In this document: positions 28,728 to 34,075 of the stretch, in pieces
Numbering within the stretch: the first letter of the stretch is position 1
Layout of the letters: each line of letters starts with the position of its first letter
NCBI GenBank assembly: GCA_023544605.1
Contig: JAMJFQ010000003.1
Span: forward strand, 1 to 34,075
Direction: 5' to 3'
Length of the DNA stretch: 34,075 nt
Source: ANME-2 cluster archaeon
GTDB taxonomy: Archaea; Halobacteriota; Methanosarcinia; Methanosarcinales; Methanocomedenaceae
Translations under genes and position numbers: made by a program
Notes under the pieces: model-generated
Told to the model about the DNA's origin: nothing
Databases searched by the model: none
What the model saw: the letters and a program-made list of their open reading frames with translations, nothing else

Positions 28728-29795
28728 TTAAGGAATTTTATATATCCAGCCATTTGTATCAGGTATTTCGCCGTACTGTATGCCTGATATCTCATCGAAC
28801 AACCGGTTTGCAACTGGACCTATCTTGCCATCATTGATATTGATGTTGGTATCTTTATATTGTATCTCACCCACAGGTGATATGACGGCTGCAGTACCAG
28901 TGCCAAAGACTTCCTGGAGGCGACCCTCATTTGATGCCTCTATGACCTCGTCTATTGAGATGCGTTTCTCCTGCACATCCATACCCCATGACTTAGCAAG
29001 AATGATGGCTGTGTCCCTGGTAATACCAGGCAGGATGGAACCTTCCAGTGGTGGGGTTATTATCACATCATCGATGACAAAGAAGATGTTCATGGTACCC
29101 ACTTCGTCGATGTACTTGTGCTGCTCGCCGTCCAGCCACAGTACCTGGGTAAAGCCTTTTTCCTGTGCGATCTTTGCGGGCAGCAGGCTGGCGGCATAGT
29201 TACCGGCGGTCTTTGCCTCACCCACACCCCCCTTTACTGCCCTGACATATTCATCAGGGACAAGCAGGCTTACCGGATTGAATCCTTCTTTGTAGTAGGC
29301 GCCTACCGGGGAGAGGATTATCAGGAAGCGGTAGGTGCTGGACGGATGAACACCAAGGAAATTATCTGTTCCAAAGACGATGGGGCGAATGTACAGTGAG
29401 TATCCTTTTGAGGTAGGTACCCAGTTGCGGTCCTGTTTTATCAGTTCGGTCATGGCCTCCAGGAATATATCCAGATCGATCTGCGGGATGCACATCCTTT
29501 CGTTGGACCGGTTCATTCGTTCCAGATTTTTCTCGGGGCGGAATATGTTGATGCTTCCGTCTTTGGTGTGGAAGGCCTTGAGCCCTTCAAATACTGCCTG
29601 TGCATAGTGCAGTGTGCACATGGCAGGTTCGAACTCGATCTTCCCATAGGGTTCTATCCTGGGATTGATCCATTTTCCATTATCGTAATCCATACTGAAC
29701 ATGTGATCGGTAAAAACATCACCGAAGCCCAGTGTATCAAAGTCCACTTCAGATATATGGCTGTTCTGGGTCTTTGTGATCTTGATGTTTGACAT
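28728..29795 (-). CDS. ilvE: Branched-chain amino acid aminotransferase (group II)
   Basis: LGFG..FTDHM, LHYAQAVFEGLKA, LYIRP, AKTAGNYAASL, EVGTMN, ILPGITR, GTGTAAVISP; start MSNIK. Confidence 0.95.
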   Translation of the reverse strand: MSNIKITKTQNSHISEVDFDTLGFGDVFTDHMFSMDYDNGKWINPRIEPYGKIEFEPAMCTLHYAQAVFEGLKAFHTKDGSINIFRPEKNLERMNRSNERMCIPQIDLDIFLEAMTELIKQDRNWVPTSKGYSLYIRPIVFGTDNFLGVHPSSTYRFLIILSPVGAYYKEGFNPVSLLVPDEYVRAVKGGVGEAKTAGNYAASLLPAKIAQEKGFTQVLWLDGEQHKYIDEVGTMNIFFVIDDVIITPPLEGSILPGITRDTAIILAKSWGMDVQEKRISIDEVIEASNEGRLQEVFGTGTAAVISPVGEIQYKDTNININDGKIGPVANRLFDEISGIQYGEIPDTNGWIYKIP

Positions 29796-30024
29796 GATTG
29801 ATTTCCCGTGTAATATTCGGTATTTCCGATACCCTATTACCGATAACCTATAATAAATATAATGGATAGGTAATTGTGTTAAGGCAACAATTTTCAAATC
29901 CATTATTGATCGGGCTGTCCTTAACTAAATCGATACGAGAATCCTAAAATCTGAAAAGACTTTTATTCTATTATCTTCAATAAAGCTGACAATTGAATAT
30001 TAAATGTATCATAAAGGGAATTCT

Positions 30025-31305
30025 ATGTTCACAATAAAGAATCATCTTGAAAAGCGGGACGGTCACCTTACCATCGGAGGGATTGACACTGTTGACCTTG
30101 TTGAAAAATATGGGACGCCGCTGTACGTGACGAATGAGCAGCGTGTCCGGGACAATTTCCGACGTTACAGTGAGGCTTTTCCCGATGCTGATTTGTATTA
30201 TGCGGCTAAGGCGAACGGAAACTTCACCATCCTGCGTATACTGGCACAGGAGGGGGCTGGCGCAGATGTGTTCGGAGATGGTGAGCTTTACATGGCATTG
30301 CTTGCTGGTATCCCAAAAGAAAAGATACTGTTCAACGGCAATTCCAAGAGCGACAGGGAACTGGCAATGGCTGTGGAGACCGGTGTCAGGGTATCAGTGG
30401 ACTCACGTGATGAGTTGAATACCTTAAGCCGCATTGCCACATCGCAGAACAAGATTGTGGATATAGCCTTCAGGGTCAACCCGGATGTATCCCCTGATAC
30501 TCATCCCAAGATAAGTACCGGACTTCGGACATCCAAGTTCGGAATACCACACAAGGAAGTGGTTGCCGCATATAAGGAGGCAGTGGAACTGGGAGGGGTA
30601 AATCCAGTGGGAATGCACTGTCATATTGGTAGCCAGATACTGGATACGTCCCCATTCGACGAAGCTGTCAACCGTATGATGGACCTGGTGGAACAGGTGA
30701 AAAGGCTTGGCGTGGAGCTTGAGTTCCTGGATATGGGGTCGGGACTGGGTATACCGTATAAGAAGGGTGAACATGCACCTACACCTAAGGACCTGTCAGA
30801 AGTGATACTCCCCATCTTTGAGATGCGTTCAAAGGCTATAGGCGTAAATATTAAATTAATAATCGAACCTGGCAGGTACATTATGGGAGATACCACCATA
30901 CTGCTGACAACGGTTAATACCATGAAGCATGCTGCCAAGAAGTTCGTTGGCGTGGATGCAGGATTCAACCTGTTGATAAGACCTGCCATGTATGACAGTT
31001 ATCATCATGTAGTAGTGGCCAACAAGGTAGATGCCAAGGTCTCAAGCCTGTACACGGTGGTAGGTCCTATTTGCGAGACCGGAGATATACTGGCACATGA
31101 CAGGGAACTGCCAGAGGTTGCAAAGGATGATATCATAGCCATACTTGATGCTGGTGCCTATGGTTTCAGTATGAGCAGCCAGTATAACGGGCGGCCCAGG
31201 TGTGCCGAGTTGCTGGTCAATGGGGCATGGGTGGATGTAATAAGGAAGGCTGAGACCTATGATGACCTGTTGGCGAACCAGCTCGTACCCGAGAGATTAC
31301 TTTAG
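30025..31305 (+). CDS. lysA: Diaminopimelate decarboxylase
   Basis: YGTPLYV, YAAKAN, SKFG, HCHIGSQ, EPGRY, GPICETGD, GAYG.SMSSQYN.RP. Confidence 0.96.
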   Translation: MFTIKNHLEKRDGHLTIGGIDTVDLVEKYGTPLYVTNEQRVRDNFRRYSEAFPDADLYYAAKANGNFTILRILAQEGAGADVFGDGELYMALLAGIPKEKILFNGNSKSDRELAMAVETGVRVSVDSRDELNTLSRIATSQNKIVDIAFRVNPDVSPDTHPKISTGLRTSKFGIPHKEVVAAYKEAVELGGVNPVGMHCHIGSQILDTSPFDEAVNRMMDLVEQVKRLGVELEFLDMGSGLGIPYKKGEHAPTPKDLSEVILPIFEMRSKAIGVNIKLIIEPGRYIMGDTTILLTTVNTMKHAAKKFVGVDAGFNLLIRPAMYDSYHHVVVANKVDAKVSSLYTVVGPICETGDILAHDRELPEVAKDDIIAILDAGAYGFSMSSQYNGRPRCAELLVNGAWVDVIRKAETYDDLLANQLVPERLL

Positions 31306-31444
31306 GAGGGTTGATGGGTGGTCTGTAGCGCGGTCTCTTTCCTGAACCAGAAGCGATTACGACAAATATAAATGTATAAAAAGGAATTGTGGTTAGCATA
31401 TTTTGGGGTTTAGAACAAAATCACATGTATTGGAGAGAAAATCT

Positions 31445-31618
31445 TTGACAGTAAGTGTAGACAGATTCAAATGCGGATATTGTGGTGCATGTGTCAGTGT
31501 ATGCCCTACAGGTGCCCTTGAGTTGATGGAGACCTGGATAGAAGTGGACGGATCATGTAATGATTGTGGGATATGTGCAAAGATATGTCCTGTGGGTGCG
31601 CTGGAGGTATCCAAATGA
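31445..31618 (+). CDS. 2x[4Fe-4S] ferredoxin (GGR-associated)
   Basis: [12 protein letters not shown] and [12 protein letters not shown]; overlaps the GGR start; TTG start inferred. Confidence 0.9.
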   Translation: MTVSVDRFKCGYCGACVSVCPTGALELMETWIEVDGSCNDCGICAKICPVGALEVSK

Positions 31619-32841
31619 AAGACCGCTATGATGTAATCGTGGTGGGAGCGGGACCTGGGGGTTCTATGACTGCCAAGACAGCAGCCCTTGAAGGGCTAGA
31701 TGTCCTGCTTATCGAGAAGCGTCAGCAGATAGGTGACCCTGTGCGGTGTGCCGAGGGAGTGAATAAGGAATACCTTAAGGAGTATATCGAGCCTGACCCT
31801 GCCTGGATATCTGCCGAGGTCAAGGGTTCTAAAATATACTCACCTGACGGCACCATGATAGAGATGAGTGAAGAACTTTCGGGTGCTGAAGTAGGATATG
31901 TACTGGAGCGTAAGGTATTTGACCGGGCACTGGCCAGGGAAGCTGCATTGGCAGGTGCCGAGGTGATGGTCAAGACCAGGGCAACAGGACTGTTGATCGA
32001 AGATGGTTTTGTGAAAGGTATAAAAGCAGAACATATGGGTAAGAAGTATGATATCAGGGCAAAGATCGTGGTGGGTGCTGACGGTGTTGAGTCGAAAGTG
32101 GGACGCTGGGCCGGCATTGACACGACGTTAAAACCAAGCGATATGTGTACCTGTGCCCAGTATCTCATGACCGATATTGATATTGACCCGGATTTTTGCG
32201 AGTTCTTCCTGGGAAATGAGATCGCTCCTATTGGTTATATCTGGGTATTTCCAAAGGGCAATAATATGGCCAATGTAGGGATAGGTATCACTGGAAATGC
32301 ATCGGGTAAAGTCAGGGCAATAGAACTGCTGGATGATTTTGTGCAGGAACATTATCCCGGCGGAAAGGCCATTGAACTGGTGGTAGGAGGAGTACCTGTT
32401 TGTGGTACAATTGAGAGGACGGTTGCCAACGGGCTCATGCTTGTGGGGGACGCTGCCCGTCAATCAGACCCGGTGACCGGTGGTGGGATATTCAATTCCA
32501 TGTGGGCCGGGGATATGGCGGGTAAGGTGGCAGCCAGTGCCATCAGGCGCTCGGACGTGTCTGCTGAGTCCCTGGAAGAATATGAGAAGAAATGGCGTGC
32601 TGAACTGGGGCGTGATATAAATATGAGTCTGGTGGTCAAGCAGCGGTTTACCAGATTAAGTGATCATGAGTTGAATACACTGGCCCATTCCCTGGAAGGT
32701 ATCGACCTGGGAAGTGCTACTCTTATCGGGCTGTTGTGGGCCCTATTCAAGGCCAATAAGAAACTTTTATGGGATTTGAGGAGCATATTCAAGGGGATAA
32801 AGGATATCGAGATGGAAGTAAGTGCGGAGGTAGGATCATGA
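31615..32841 (+). CDS. Digeranylgeranylglycerophospholipid reductase (geranylgeranyl reductase family)
   Basis: [27 protein letters not shown]...PVTGGGI; adjacent ferredoxin as in Methanosarcina. Confidence 0.92.
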   Translation: MKDRYDVIVVGAGPGGSMTAKTAALEGLDVLLIEKRQQIGDPVRCAEGVNKEYLKEYIEPDPAWISAEVKGSKIYSPDGTMIEMSEELSGAEVGYVLERKVFDRALAREAALAGAEVMVKTRATGLLIEDGFVKGIKAEHMGKKYDIRAKIVVGADGVESKVGRWAGIDTTLKPSDMCTCAQYLMTDIDIDPDFCEFFLGNEIAPIGYIWVFPKGNNMANVGIGITGNASGKVRAIELLDDFVQEHYPGGKAIELVVGGVPVCGTIERTVANGLMLVGDAARQSDPVTGGGIFNSMWAGDMAGKVAASAIRRSDVSAESLEEYEKKWRAELGRDINMSLVVKQRFTRLSDHELNTLAHSLEGIDLGSATLIGLLWALFKANKKLLWDLRSIFKGIKDIEMEVSAEVGS

Positions 32842-33977
32842 GCGATACAGATTTTAAGCCAAAACCCGGTTCTTTGTTGTTTAACAACTTGAAAGATAAG
32901 GATACTATTATACTTGCAGCCAATCCCAGGATAGCCCTGGTGAACAAGGGTATTTTCCAGGCAGCTAAGGATATGGATGCGGCGCTGATAGTTGAGCTTG
33001 CCAGGTCTGAGTGTGACCTGATGGGTGGTTATTCGGGGCAGAAACCTGCTGATTTTTCGCGAATGGCCGGTGAAGCGGCCCGGGAGGTCGGGTTTGATAT
33101 ATGGGCACTGCATGCTGACCATATCGGCATCAAGAAGGGTACACCCGAGGATATCCAGGCTACCAAGGAACTGGTGAGCGGGCAGATAGATGCGGGTTAT
33201 ACGTCCTTTGCCATTGATGCGTCACATCTGTTCAATTTCCAGGGTGGGGATCTGAGGGAGGAACTGGCTGATAATATCAATGCTACTACTGAAATTGGCA
33301 AACATATACAACAACAGATGGCTGGTAAGGAGTACGGCCTTGAAGTTGAAGTAGGTGAGATAGGCAGGGAGGACGAGTCGGGCAGGGTGCTGACCAGGCC
33401 CGAGGAGGCAGTTACTTTCATTACGGCGCTGAACAAGAATGGCATCCGCCCTCACGTGTTGGCTATCGCAAACGGCAGCGCCCATGGCAATACGTATGAC
33501 GCCTTGGGTAACCTTATCGAGCAGGTGTCCATCGACATCCCCCAGACCATAGCTGTGGCAAAGGCGCTGAGGGACAACAAGTTGGATGTGAGGATAGCCC
33601 AGCATGGTATTACGGGTACGCCCAGAGACCTGATACATAATCATTTCCCGCGTGGGGATATTATCAAGGGCAATGTGGCCACGTTCTACCAGAACATGGT
33701 GTGGGACCTGTTCAAGGTGTACGAGCCTGAACTGTACAGTGATATCTGGAACTGGACAATGGAGAACTATAGAGAGCAGGCGAAGGGCAAGGCTGACAAT
33801 GAGGTGTTCGGTAAGTTCAGCAAGTTTGCTATCAAGCAGTTCTACGACAGGATATATTCTGTAGGCGGGGATACGAGGCAGGCCATTGATGCCCTGGCGT
33901 ATGCCGAGACGCTGATATTCTTGAAGGCGTTCAATGCCAAGGGCTCTGCGCAGTTCGTCAGGGATGCGATGAGGTAA
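32838..33977 (+). CDS. fba: Class II fructose-bisphosphate aldolase
   Basis: [51 protein letters not shown]; start MSDTD. Confidence 0.92.
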   Translation: MSDTDFKPKPGSLLFNNLKDKDTIILAANPRIALVNKGIFQAAKDMDAALIVELARSECDLMGGYSGQKPADFSRMAGEAAREVGFDIWALHADHIGIKKGTPEDIQATKELVSGQIDAGYTSFAIDASHLFNFQGGDLREELADNINATTEIGKHIQQQMAGKEYGLEVEVGEIGREDESGRVLTRPEEAVTFITALNKNGIRPHVLAIANGSAHGNTYDALGNLIEQVSIDIPQTIAVAKALRDNKLDVRIAQHGITGTPRDLIHNHFPRGDIIKGNVATFYQNMVWDLFKVYEPELYSDIWNWTMENYREQAKGKADNEVFGKFSKFAIKQFYDRIYSVGGDTRQAIDALAYAETLIFLKAFNAKGSAQFVRDAMR

Positions 33978-34075
33978 GGGTTGTTTTTTAGAGGGCCTAT
34001 TTATCAGGGCTTATAAGAGATAATCCGACAATCTCACTGTAGCTATACAAATACTTTTATTCTACCTTACTTTTT

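Noticed and set aside
31309-31348. C/D box sRNA (TGATG...CTGA with GGT/ACC ends)
   Set aside because: It is too short, the C box is imperfect and there is no convincing C'/D' pair.

Overview
This is an archaeal chromosomal segment. Gene content and order point to Methanosarcinales, and a 16-heme cytochrome c suggests an ANME-2-like lineage; both are inferences. Most of the window is housekeeping: kae1, rfcL, tmk, trmI, gpmI, a glmU-like/glmS/glmM/glmU/ugd cluster, PAC2, DUF473, tRNA-Arg(UCU), an intron-containing tRNA-Thr(GGU), HIT, an M50 protease, ilvE, lysA, ferredoxin plus geranylgeranyl reductase, and a class II aldolase. Four things stand out. (1) An intact bacterial-type queuosine operon (queA-tgt) in an archaeon. 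It is divergent from a lone 2-hydroxyacyl-CoA-dehydratase-like [4Fe-4S] protein and its ATP-dependent activase, which I propose may supply a missing reductive step of Q synthesis (QueF-like or QueG/H-like). (2) A ~290-nt, densely helical, apparently independently transcribed candidate ncRNA between tmk and trmI. (3) A family of modular hairpin MITEs with shared 24-bp ends; one composite copy with a perfect 9-bp target duplication sits in the queA divergent promoter. (4) A membrane-anchored 16-heme cytochrome built from tetraheme repeats. All calls come from motif reading by eye; no database searches were run.
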